Source: Promethearchaeota archaeon
GTDB lineage: Archaea; Asgardarchaeota; Lokiarchaeia; Sigyniarchaeales; SOKP01
NCBI GenBank assembly: GCA_048937405.1
Contig: JBHLNF010000012.1
Location: forward strand, 1 to 64,000
Reading direction: 5' to 3'
DNA length: 64,000 nt
Position 1 is the stretch's first letter; every line of letters begins with the position of its first letter. Below are positions 31,128-40,862 of the stretch, piece by piece. Below the pieces are notes generated by a model. That model made no database searches. It was given only the letters and a program-made list of their open reading frames with translations, and was not told the origin of the DNA. Position numbers and translations under genes: made by a program.

Positions 31128-32339
31128 TTAAGCTTCTCCAAACTCCACAGCCCAATCATTATATTGCTTTAATAATGCCTTGTTAGTCATTGGTTTTACT
31201 TTTTTAAGAGTTCTTTTAAAATCTTTCAAAGCAATGTCTCTTACTTGTACTTCTCTATCTGAATTCTCTAAAAGGCCACTCATATCTAATTCACGTACAG
31301 GTAACATTATTACTTCACGACATACATTTGCTATATCTCTTCCCGAATATCCCTCAGTTCTTACTGCTAATTCAATAAAATCTTCATCTGTTAATGCTGT
31401 ATTTACACCCGCAGTATGGATTTTAAATATTCCTACTCGTCCTTTTAAATCTGGGAGAGGAACATGCACTCTTTTTTCAAATCTACTTAACATAGCATTG
31501 TCTATATCCCATGGACGATTAGTTGCACCTAATACTAAGAGGGGTTTATCATGAGTCGACTTTAATCCCTGTATTTCACTTAATAGCTGTGTTTTTACCC
31601 TTCGCTCTCCACCACTTTCAGCACCTTCTCCCCGTTTTGTCGCTACAGAATCAATTTCGTCCATAAATATTAAACTAGGTGCTTTCATTCGAGCAACCTT
31701 GAATAAAGAACTTATTAATTTTTCACTTTCTCCTAACCATTTGCTTAGTAAATCAGCCGAGGATGCACTGAAAAATGTAGCTTTGCATTCTGTTGCTGCT
31801 GCTTTTGCTAATAATGTTTTACCACATCCAGGAGGTCCGAATAGAAGTATTCCAGACCAAGGTCTTCTCGCTCCAGTAAACAATTCTGGTTTTGCTATTG
31901 GTAAAACAATCGCTTCTCTAACAGCTTGTTTAACATTTTCTAATCCAGCAATATCATTCCATTTTACATTGGGAGATTCTGTGACGATTGTTCCTGATAT
32001 CATATCAATGAGTTCTTGCTCTTCCGAGGATACTTCTATTTCAGATTTGCTAGCATCACCTGACTTACTAGAACTTATGCTTGGTCTTGTTCCTCTTGGT
32101 CTAGCTCCTCCCAATTGAGATTTTAATACTTTTGCACGTTCAACATATTCTTCAATATTTTTTTGACATAAGAGCCTCATTTGAGGGTTCTTGTTATATT
32201 TCATAAACTGCATTAATATTTCTGCTGCTCGTTGATATTTGTTTATTGCTTGTCTGTATTTACCTTGACTGTCTAAAGCCACCGCCTCCTTAGCAGTTTG
32301 TACTGCGAATTGATAAAGTTTAGAATCAACTGATGACAT
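31128..32339 (-). CDS. vps4: Vps4-like AAA+ ATPase with MIT domain
   Basis: MIT helices, Walker A GPPGCGKT, SKWLGESEK, Walker B FMDEID, ATNRPWDID, GYSGRDI. Confidence 0.92.
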   Translation of the reverse strand: MSSVDSKLYQFAVQTAKEAVALDSQGKYRQAINKYQRAAEILMQFMKYNKNPQMRLLCQKNIEEYVERAKVLKSQLGGARPRGTRPSISSSKSGDASKSEIEVSSEEQELIDMISGTIVTESPNVKWNDIAGLENVKQAVREAIVLPIAKPELFTGARRPWSGILLFGPPGCGKTLLAKAAATECKATFFSASSADLLSKWLGESEKLISSLFKVARMKAPSLIFMDEIDSVATKRGEGAESGGERRVKTQLLSEIQGLKSTHDKPLLVLGATNRPWDIDNAMLSRFEKRVHVPLPDLKGRVGIFKIHTAGVNTALTDEDFIELAVRTEGYSGRDIANVCREVIMLPVRELDMSGLLENSDREVQVRDIALKDFKRTLKKVKPMTNKALLKQYNDWAVEFGEA

Positions 32340-32539
32340 ATTAAATATACCAAGATATTTTTACTATTTATAGCTAATGTAATTTATTATTCGGTATAAT
32401 TAATAATTTTATCTCTCTCTATCTATTTTGTTGTATAAATAACGAGAAAGTTCTTTTCCTTGACTATATAATTATTGGACTCCAAAAATAATTATATAAG
32501 ACCGAAGTTTTATATATATTATATAATTACTAATAAATT

Positions 32540-33187
32540 TTGATGATTATGGGTTTTCTGAAAGATATCTCAAAATGGTTATCAGGTGGTAAGAGAGGGA
32601 AAGACAATATTCGCTCTGCCGCAGTTAAATTAAAAGTCTTTAATAAAAGATTGATGAGACAGACTAAAAAATTAGAGATGAGTGCAAAACTCGCAAGAGA
32701 TAAAGCTGTACATTTAAGAAAAGAAGGAGATTTAGATGGTTCAAAATTTCAGGCACGCAATTATCTTCAAGTTAAAAAACAAGCAAGAGCAATTGAACAA
32801 TTTCGTACAAACTTGGAAGGATTACAATTTAAATTAGAGCAAGCAACAGCAGTTAAAGATGTATCACAAATTATGACAGGTATTGCTCAATCTCTATCTA
32901 CATTAAAAAATCAACTTTCTGTGCCACAAATGACTCAAATTATGAGCCAAATTGATATTGATATGGAGGAATTTGCCGTAACAGCGGATATTGCAACAGA
33001 AGGAATGGATAGCATTAGTATTGATACTGCGGTCACAGATTCGGATGTAACTGAGGTTTTAGGAGAAATTGATGCTGAAATTCAGGTAGAAATGGGTGTA
33101 GCTTTACCAAGTGCTGCTTCTGGGGCATCTGATGAGAAAATCGCGGAGTTGGAAAAGGAATTAAATCGATTGAAATCTGACGAATAG
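32540..33187 (+). CDS. ESCRT-III (Vps2/24/46-like, Snf7 family)
   Basis: Basic helical N-terminus, acidic C-terminus, MIM1-like 'ELEKELNRLK' tail; divergent from vps4. Confidence 0.85.
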   Translation: MMIMGFLKDISKWLSGGKRGKDNIRSAAVKLKVFNKRLMRQTKKLEMSAKLARDKAVHLRKEGDLDGSKFQARNYLQVKKQARAIEQFRTNLEGLQFKLEQATAVKDVSQIMTGIAQSLSTLKNQLSVPQMTQIMSQIDIDMEEFAVTADIATEGMDSISIDTAVTDSDVTEVLGEIDAEIQVEMGVALPSAASGASDEKIAELEKELNRLKSDE

Positions 33188-33376
33188 TAAAAAAAATCTT
33201 TTTCTCTGCAAATAACCACATGGTAAAGTCAAGACAAAATCAGATTTAATTTTTAATTAAAACGTAATATCTATTTTTAAAAGAAGAGAAATAAAAAACA
33301 ATATAAATATTTCCTTTAGATTAAATTTAATAATTTATTTTACAATTATAGATTTAATTATAAAAAAAAAAGTAGA

Positions 33377-33934
33377 ATGACTGAGAAGTATTCTTTCAAG
33401 GTTATCATAATTGGGCCAGGTGCAGTTGGAAAAACTAGTTTATTAAATAGGTTTGTTCATAATGAATTCTCTCTTAAATACAAATTGACGATTGGTGTAG
33501 ATTTCCTCACCAAAACTTTAGAATATGAGTCAGATAAATTTGTAAAACTCCATATATGGGATATTGGAGGACAAGAGAAATTTAAATTTCTCCATCGAAG
33601 CTTTTACGATGGTGCATTTGGAGCATTAGTTGTTTTTGATCTTACAAGACACCAGACATTCATTAGTATGAAACAATGGATTTCAGAAATGCATAGCATT
33701 ATAAGCACGGATATTCCTAGTGTAATAATAGGCAATAAAACCGATTTGTTACCTGAAACTGGTCAGATTATAGATAAAAATGAAGTGGAACAATATGCAG
33801 AAAAACAAGGATGTATTTATGTTGAAACTTCTGCTAAAACTGGAGAAAATGTTGAAAAAGCTTTTCTTGATCTTACTTATCATATGATAAAAAAAATGGG
33901 TAAAATTGTTAAAAACAGTAAAGAAAACTTATAA
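33377..33934 (+). CDS. Rab-like small GTPase
   Basis: GPGAVGKTS, TIGVDF, WDIGGQE, GNKTD, ETSAKTG; no C-terminal Cys. Confidence 0.93.
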   Translation: MTEKYSFKVIIIGPGAVGKTSLLNRFVHNEFSLKYKLTIGVDFLTKTLEYESDKFVKLHIWDIGGQEKFKFLHRSFYDGAFGALVVFDLTRHQTFISMKQWISEMHSIISTDIPSVIIGNKTDLLPETGQIIDKNEVEQYAEKQGCIYVETSAKTGENVEKAFLDLTYHMIKKMGKIVKNSKENL

Positions 33935-34064
33935 AAATCATTAAATAAAGCAAAAATTAAAGAAATTTTTTCAATACTCTAACCACCAATTCTTTGCAAA
34001 ATTATTAAAAGATTTATTTCTATTTTCAACTTATTCTATAATTAAAAATTTTAATTATCTATAG

Positions 34065-35090
34065 GTGAGTATTTTGAATAATCCCGAAATTATCACAATC
34101 GGAAGTAATACATTAGATATTATGATTGACATAGATGATATATTAAGATTTGAATTATTTGATAAAGATATAATAAAGAAATATACAGCAATAGAATATT
34201 CTCGGAAATTAAATGTTAAAAACGTTAGATTTGTTCCAGGAGGATCGGGTGCTAATATCGCTGCAAATAGTTCTATGCTTGGATTGAATAGTACATATAT
34301 TGGAGTTATGGGAAATGATTTTTCAGCAGAAATTTGTTTAAATGATTTAAAGAAAAGAAAAGTAGATTTATCTCAAATAATTCAAACTGATACTGATACT
34401 ACGGCACTATCAATAATTTTACGAACTCCATGGGGAAAAGATAGAAGTATTCTTGCATATAAAGGAGCTAATAATTTATTGAAACCATCAGATGTTAAAG
34501 AAGAATTATTTAGTCAAGTTAAAGCATTCGCTTGGACATCGTTAACTACTGATAATGCTTGTAAGGCTATTGAAAAAGCAATAACTCTTACAAAAAACAA
34601 TGGAGGGATAGTGTTTGCAGCCCCTAGTATGTCAATTATAAAAAATGCCCCAAATTGGGCAAAAATCTTGATTTCTAATTCTAATGTTGTATCAATGAAC
34701 CTTGAGGAAGCCCAAGAGTTCACAGGAGAAAGTAAAAAAACACTTATGATTAAAAATTTTTTAGATATGGGGATAAAACTGATTTCTATTACTGATGGGC
34801 CTAACGGTTCAATTATATCAGATGGTAAAACTATCATTAATAGTGGTATCTACAGTACAAAAAATCAAGTTTCAGATACTACAGGGGCTGGAGATGCTTT
34901 CTTAACAGGAATTCTAGTTTCAATGTTAAATAATTTTCCTTTAGAGAAGATTTCTAAGTTAGCTACAGCAATGTCTTACTTAGAGTGTATGGAAGTAGGA
35001 GTAAGAGAAGGACTTCCACAGAGTTTACGAGAATTAGAAGATTTTGTTAATGATAATGTACTTAAACAAGTTGTTTCGGAAATTGTATAA
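34065..35090 (+). CDS. PfkB-family carbohydrate kinase
   Basis: PGGSGAN, DTTGAGDAF. Confidence 0.9.
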   Translation: MSILNNPEIITIGSNTLDIMIDIDDILRFELFDKDIIKKYTAIEYSRKLNVKNVRFVPGGSGANIAANSSMLGLNSTYIGVMGNDFSAEICLNDLKKRKVDLSQIIQTDTDTTALSIILRTPWGKDRSILAYKGANNLLKPSDVKEELFSQVKAFAWTSLTTDNACKAIEKAITLTKNNGGIVFAAPSMSIIKNAPNWAKILISNSNVVSMNLEEAQEFTGESKKTLMIKNFLDMGIKLISITDGPNGSIISDGKTIINSGIYSTKNQVSDTTGAGDAFLTGILVSMLNNFPLEKISKLATAMSYLECMEVGVREGLPQSLRELEDFVNDNVLKQVVSEIV

Positions 35091-35158
35091 AACTATAATT
35101 CTAATAATTAAATAATTAAATTTTAATTTTTTAATATATTCTTCTTATTACTAAATTT

Positions 35159-35261
35159 GCGCTCTTAGTATAGTGGTCAGTATGCCAGGTTGCCAATTCT
35201 CTGGTTCTAATAGACTTGAGAGGTGAACCTGGCGACCCGGGTTCAATTCCCGGAGGGCGCA
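35159..35261 (+). tRNA. tRNA-Gly(GCC) with 31-nt anticodon-loop intron (35197-35227; 35196-35226 gives the same product)
   Basis: Acceptor GCGCUCU/AGGGCGC, anticodon stem CCAGG/CCUGG, T-arm CCGGG-UUCAAUU-CCCGG. No encoded CCA. Confidence 0.93.
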
Positions 35262-35298
35262 TTTCTTTCTGTATATACGTCATCCATACAGATGATAT

Positions 35299-35321
35299 TT
35301 TTTTACCCATGAGGTAAAAAA
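35299..35321 (+). terminator. Hairpin downstream of tRNA-Gly
   Basis: TTTTTTACC-CATGA-GGTAAAAAA. Confidence 0.3.
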
Positions 35322-35895
35322 TTCCTTTCCATTAAGCACATGAACGACAGAAAACAAAAATATCATCATATATCATTCAATCTTAAAATTTTAGCTTTAA
35401 AATGAGATATTCAGGTATAAAGGACTATGATTGTATCATTCAAGAAGGCTTGATTTAAGGATCTTCTTTTAGAAATGTGATCAGAATCTAGAATTTTGAT
35501 AACGAAATCACTAAATTATACCACAATTTTTCTTTATAAAGATCCAGGAGTATGTTTGAATCGATGGAATATTGTGAACTCGATTTTTTAAATCAAGTGA
35601 AGGAAATTGATCCTCATTTCATAAAGTTATATGAAGAAGTAACTGGCCATAAAATTAAAAGAAAAAAGAGTTATCTGGATAAACAGTATTTAAATTGTTA
35701 ATAAAATCAATGAATTTGATTATTTTGAAATCTTTATTAAGGACAAAATAAAAAAAAAATTCAAGAAAAAAAATCAAATTACTGATTACAAAATCAAAAG
35801 GCTAGTTCTATCAATTAATTCCCTAGTCACTTATATACAAATGAATCTTTATGTAAATACTAGAACATAAAGTTCTATTCTGGTGGTGGAATTAT

Positions 35896-37512
35896 TTGAT
35901 TAAAAATGAATTTAAATATATTCATAAAAGAACTGGAAAAATTTTATTTTGTCTTGTTATTATCGGAATAATGTGCTTTTCGGTTGTTCCATTGAATTCA
36001 CTTAATGCTAACTTGGCAAGTCAAACCGAAGTGAGTGGATTAAATACGAGTTCTACTTATTACTATAGAGATAATTATATAAACGGATTGTCTCCTGCAC
36101 CTATAAGTTCATTACTTCTCGAATCTAGTGTTGGTATACCAGGCTTGGGAGAGAGTCGTCCTTATGGTTGGTCACAATATAATGATGGAATCGTCTCCTT
36201 TAGTCAAGCAGGAGCAGTTGATTGGGTAATCTCTAGGGATGTTCACTGTTTTGATAGCAAGTGGTATTTATATAAGGGTTTAGAGATCTTAGATATCACA
36301 ATTAAGCTTAGTGCAGCATTTGGGGGATATTTAGGATGGAGTCAGTTATATATTATAAATCATATAAGAAACAGTGTAGTAAAACTATTAGACTTACAAG
36401 CCGACTCACTAGAACACTATTACGAGCTATCCTTAGCGAGCTTAGTTGGTGGTAATTTAGCAGAGTACATAAGTCCATCTAATACAATAGATTTTTATTT
36501 TCGAAGTTGTTCGAATGGGTATTGGTATTGGTCTTGGATATTTCCATTATGGGCAAATGCATGGCATTTCCTTTCAATTGACTTATTCGATGTGAAAGTC
36601 CAATATAGAGGTATTGAAGATTATAATGCTCCAACCGTTGACATTACAGGAGATTTAGTTAATTTAGATGCAGTTAGAGGAGTTGTTCCCATAAGTGCTG
36701 CAGCAAGTGATAATATAGGAGTATCCCTAGTTGAATTTTATATAGATAATAATCTTATCGGTTCAGATTATGACGCACCCTATAGTTATCAATGGGATTC
36801 TAGATCCGTAAGCGAGGGTAAACATTCAGTTAAGGTAATTAGCTATGATACTTCAGGAAATAGAGGTATAGATGGATGTGAGATAACCGTTGATAATATT
36901 GCTGAAAAAATTGCTATATTTTTCTGGACAAGTGAATATGGTGATGGTATGATAAATTCTTTTATTACTGATATAACAAGGAGGGGATATACTAAATTTT
37001 TCCTATTTAAAGATTTTAAACATATTAAACAAATTAACAATCTTAAACCTGCTTTTGAGTATGTAGACGCTTATGAAGGTGAAAATGATATCATTTTTTT
37101 GTATATATGGGGACATGGAGAAGAAATAAATATACCATACTATTCACATACACTTTTATATTATGATCCTGAGGCGATTGTTAAGTATTATACTCCTTCT
37201 TGGCATGTACGTGATTGTATGGATATATTAGAAGCTAATCGAAAGTGTGTTTTAGTAGAATCTTGTGGTGCTGGTCATTATATTGATGATTTCAATGTAG
37301 CACCTTATTTGGTGATGACTTCGACGGATTATGAAACTCTAGCTTTGGGTTTATATGATGGAGCTGTACCATTGTTTTCTCGTGAATTCTTTTATAATAT
37401 TGGGACTCGTCGTGACAATGCTATAGGAGCTTTTTACCGGGCAGCCTCTACGTGCGGCCAAAATTCGCAAATCGCAGTCAATTCTGACTATATTTTCTTT
37501 CCAATAAATTAA
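35896..37512 (+). CDS. Secreted protein with Ig-like (Big_7-type) domain and C-terminal caspase-fold (clan CD) peptidase domain
   Basis: Signal peptide; 'ASDNIGVSLVEFYID...APYSYQWDS...YDTSGN'; His/Cys dyad in IFLYIWGHG and VLVESCGAG. Confidence 0.7.
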   Translation: MIKNEFKYIHKRTGKILFCLVIIGIMCFSVVPLNSLNANLASQTEVSGLNTSSTYYYRDNYINGLSPAPISSLLLESSVGIPGLGESRPYGWSQYNDGIVSFSQAGAVDWVISRDVHCFDSKWYLYKGLEILDITIKLSAAFGGYLGWSQLYIINHIRNSVVKLLDLQADSLEHYYELSLASLVGGNLAEYISPSNTIDFYFRSCSNGYWYWSWIFPLWANAWHFLSIDLFDVKVQYRGIEDYNAPTVDITGDLVNLDAVRGVVPISAAASDNIGVSLVEFYIDNNLIGSDYDAPYSYQWDSRSVSEGKHSVKVISYDTSGNRGIDGCEITVDNIAEKIAIFFWTSEYGDGMINSFITDITRRGYTKFFLFKDFKHIKQINNLKPAFEYVDAYEGENDIIFLYIWGHGEEINIPYYSHTLLYYDPEAIVKYYTPSWHVRDCMDILEANRKCVLVESCGAGHYIDDFNVAPYLVMTSTDYETLALGLYDGAVPLFSREFFYNIGTRRDNAIGAFYRAASTCGQNSQIAVNSDYIFFPIN

Positions 37513-37688
37513 ATAAGGAATAAATTTAAATTTATTCTTCTTTTTTTTCAAAATGAGAAATAGATACGTAAAATAATAGAAAAGAGAAGAAACAATTACA
37601 TAAAGAAACATCACAAAAAAAAATCTCTCTCTTTAATAAGAGGAGTGAAGAAATAAATTAATTTCTCAGAAAAATATAACAATTATTA

Positions 37689-37931
37689 TTACTTTTTAAT
37701 CGTTATAGCATTTTCAGGACATATTGATACACAATTCATGCATAATGTACATGAATCAATAAATCTAACCGAAATTCTATGATTTATTTCATTTATTTTA
37801 ACTTGACTCTCAAAATCTGTCTTAAATTTTTTTTTGGGAACTCTAAGAAAAACACCTGGAATACAAACTTCTAAACATTTTAGACAACTATTGGGATCTT
37901 TGCAATTCTTAGTTTTTATTTTAATCTTCAA
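37689..37931 (-). CDS. 2[4Fe-4S] ferredoxin
   Basis: CLKCLEVC and CTLCMNCVSICP; GGTGA SD overlapping the upstream stop. Confidence 0.85.
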   Translation of the reverse strand: MKIKIKTKNCKDPNSCLKCLEVCIPGVFLRVPKKKFKTDFESQVKINEINHRISVRFIDSCTLCMNCVSICPENAITIKK

Positions 37932-37935
37932 AATA

Positions 37936-38760
37936 TCACCACATTTGTTTTATTTCAGGAAAGTCATTTCTTCGTTGAAATGAAATTGCTCCTTGAGGGC
38001 AATGAGTGCTACATAAACCGCACCCGAAACACATGTTTTTATTTATTTGAATTAATCTCTCATTTGAATTCCATTTGATTGCTCCAAATTGACAATATTG
38101 AAGACAAATAGGAACTTTTAGTTCTTCACATCCATCACATTTATTATAATCTAATATACTGATCTCATGACCTTTTACCATTCCCCTCTGAATGCCAAAA
38201 TTGAATCTTAGTTTAAAAGCAGTACAACTATTAGCATCACAATTACATACTACAACAGGATAAGGTAATTTTGCAAAAAGAACCTGATGATAATATCCAC
38301 GATTATCTGATTGTTTAATTAATTCTTTCGCTTGATCAGGTGTTATAACTTCAACTTTTTCGCTTGGTTTTAATTTTTGAAATAATTCTTTAATAGGTCC
38401 AAAATTTATACAGACGCCTTCCTTTGAACCTCTGATATTTTTTCTACACATGCAATCTAGTAAACAAAGATTATCAGCCAAATCCACAATTTTTAACGCA
38501 TCCTCTAATTTTATAACTTGACCAGAATGCTTATTAGGAATAATACGATTACCTACTTTACGAATAAATCTTCCAAGTATAGGAATTTTAGCCTTCTTAG
38601 AAAGTTTAGTCGCATAATCAAGATATTGATCAATTCCCCATCCCGTTATATCATATAAAATTTTCATTCTTTTTTTATCGTCAAGGAAACGATCTGAGTA
38701 ATTCTCAGGATTTAAATACCATCTTAATTTCCCCCCATGAGAGGCACAATAATCGCACAT
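37936..38760 (-). CDS. 4Fe-4S dicluster domain protein
   Basis: N-terminal CDYC..HG, CMCR, CNC, and CFGCGLCSTHCP. Confidence 0.8.
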   Translation of the reverse strand: MCDYCASHGGKLRWYLNPENYSDRFLDDKKRMKILYDITGWGIDQYLDYATKLSKKAKIPILGRFIRKVGNRIIPNKHSGQVIKLEDALKIVDLADNLCLLDCMCRKNIRGSKEGVCINFGPIKELFQKLKPSEKVEVITPDQAKELIKQSDNRGYYHQVLFAKLPYPVVVCNCDANSCTAFKLRFNFGIQRGMVKGHEISILDYNKCDGCEELKVPICLQYCQFGAIKWNSNERLIQINKNMCFGCGLCSTHCPQGAISFQRRNDFPEIKQMW

Positions 38761-39140
38761 TATAATTTGCTTTAATCAATTTTTTATAGTTGAATAATCC
38801 AAAATTGCTTTAAAAGCATTATTTTACTTTTTTGTTATTTTTTAACTAATAAAAAAAAATTCCAAACTACTAAAAGTTATAGTAATTTCCAAAATTAATT
38901 AAATTCTAAATTTAAAATTATGAAGTTATATATTGTGGATAATACTTAGGAATTATGTAGAAATATATAAAACAGCGTGAAATCCACATTTCACGATTGA
39001 ACATGTTAACTTATTTAAAAAGACTCTACTATCATTATCTTTTTTATTTTTTTTAATGAAATGTGAAAATTTATTGATATTAAATTGATTTCAAAAAAGT
39101 ATGTTTTTATAATCAATCCACATTTTAAAGTCTAAGGGAA

Positions 39141-39980
39141 TCACAAAAGTTTAGAAAGACCATCAATTTCGGAGATATTAATCTTAAAATAATTATATAC
39201 TACTTCTATTAAAAGGGATAAATAGGACACTTGTATTTTTTCATTATAAAAATCTAACATATGATTTATAAGCATTTTTGTTGTTATTGTTTCTCCTTCA
39301 TTTTTCTTTATGTAATCCGCAATATGTTTTGAAAATTCATATATTTTATTTATCTCATTTTTCATAATGATTAAACCAGACATCAAATCATATTCAGAAA
39401 TAAATTTATGAACTATTGCTTTCTCAATTTCTATTTTTTTAGGATTAATGATTTTATTCTTATCTCTAATAATTTCTGACTTTTTAAAGACAATAAACTC
39501 TTCATATTGGTTTTTTTTTTTATTATACTCTTCTTCAGATATAAAATCCATTTCAAATTCAAAAGACTTTTTAAAAATATATTGAAAAAAATCATTAAAT
39601 TGAGCAAATAAAAATTCTTGATCTGATATTACAACAATTCTCTTTCCTAAAAAAATTGCTCTAATGATATACGCTATAAGAATTTCTGGTAGATTTAATC
39701 TAATTAAATCTAATTTTAAAGTTTCGGTTTCAGGATGACTTTCTGTTTTAGTTTCTCTATTAGATATATCTTCCTGAATTTCAACTTCAAAATCTGCAAC
39801 TAAACAATTTCTTACATCAAAATTTTTATCAATATATACAATAAATGAATGTTCACATATATCCCCTCCTTCAATATTAATCGCTAAAACACCTTTAGGA
39901 ACATTTATGGGTGCGTCATCAGCAATCTCCACATCTTTCCATTTTTCACAAATTGGACAACGAATTTCAATTTTTGTCAT
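39141..39980 (-). CDS. Lokiarchaeal hypothetical protein with N-terminal Zn-ribbon
   Basis: CPIC...CEHSFIVYIDKNFDVR. Confidence 0.6.
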   Translation of the reverse strand: MTKIEIRCPICEKWKDVEIADDAPINVPKGVLAINIEGGDICEHSFIVYIDKNFDVRNCLVADFEVEIQEDISNRETKTESHPETETLKLDLIRLNLPEILIAYIIRAIFLGKRIVVISDQEFLFAQFNDFFQYIFKKSFEFEMDFISEEEYNKKKNQYEEFIVFKKSEIIRDKNKIINPKKIEIEKAIVHKFISEYDLMSGLIIMKNEINKIYEFSKHIADYIKKNEGETITTKMLINHMLDFYNEKIQVSYLSLLIEVVYNYFKINISEIDGLSKLL

Positions 39981-40124
39981 GTTAATTTAAAAAAATTATT
40001 GTAGAAAAGACACTTTGTTATTTATATAGGGAGGTTATTTAACATATATACTTTCATTTAATTTTAATATTAATGCTTAATAAATATATTTTAAATTATA
40101 GTCAAGTTAGATTATTGCTTGTTC

Positions 40125-40604
40125 TTAATATCTTTGAATACGTCCATACTTTTTTTCTATAAAATTTGCTATCAGAAGACAAGAAATTGCACTTAGTATT
40201 TCTGCAGTCAAAAATGCCATTGAATTTTGTAAGAATGTAGTACAAATAAAGAAGGTGCTGAAAAAAAATCCATTAAATATAATAAAAACTATTAGTAGTG
40301 GTTTTGTTAAAGGAAATTTCAAAAATTTATAAAGAGTTGAATCTTTTTTAACTTTTTTACCAAATCTGTTCTTTAATTTTTGTCTCCTCTCCACTTGAGC
40401 ATAACTTTCGAAAATAATGAGGCTAGCAAAGAAGATAGCAACCCAAGCTCCAATAGGAATTAAAATTAATACAACATGGTTTCCCATAGCTAAAACATAT
40501 TGACCGATAAATATAAAAAATAATTGAAACATACCACTTAGAGCTAATAATATTAAAGTCTCACCAAAATACTCCTTAGATGTCCAACGAATTCTTATTG
40601 GCAT
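40125..40604 (-). CDS. 4-TM membrane protein (159 aa)
   Basis: The start is reassigned to MPIRIRW (ATG at 40604); the ORF-track start lies inside tRNA-Val. Confidence 0.7.
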   Translation of the reverse strand: MPIRIRWTSKEYFGETLILLALSGMFQLFFIFIGQYVLAMGNHVVLILIPIGAWVAIFFASLIIFESYAQVERRQKLKNRFGKKVKKDSTLYKFLKFPLTKPLLIVFIIFNGFFFSTFFICTTFLQNSMAFLTAEILSAISCLLIANFIEKKYGRIQRY

Positions 40605-40631
40605 ATCAATCTTATTTCGTTTATTTTTTAG

Positions 40632-40721
40632 TGGGCCCGGCGCGATTTGAACGCACGACCTTCCGCACGTCAAGCGGACGTCATTTCGGGGGTGACCCAT
40701 ACCGAGCTAGACCACGGGCCC
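40632..40721 (-). tRNA. tRNA-Val(GAC) with 16-nt D-arm intron (40684-40699, position 21/22)
   Basis: Acceptor GGGCCCG/CGGGCCC, anticodon arm UCCGC-UUGACGU-GCGGA, T-arm GUGCG-UUCAAAU-CGCGC; BHB UCGG-UA^U-GGG-UCA-CCC-CCGA-AA^U. Confidence 0.92.
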
Positions 40722-40862
40722 AAATTTTCTAAATTCAAATCAACTTGTATTATTTTATGGAATAAAAAATAAATATTTTATTAGTAGTCCTATAAATTTT
40801 CTTTAAATAATTAGATATAAAATCCAATTTTAATAAAATAAAAAAATATTAAGTTTAACTAT

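Noticed and set aside
35262-38760. Integrated element at tRNA-Gly
   Set aside because: No integrase and no repeat of the tRNA 3' end (att site) were seen in the window.
40605-40700. N-terminal extension of ORF 40125-40700 in the ORF track
   Set aside because: It runs through tRNA-Val; the start was reassigned to 40604.
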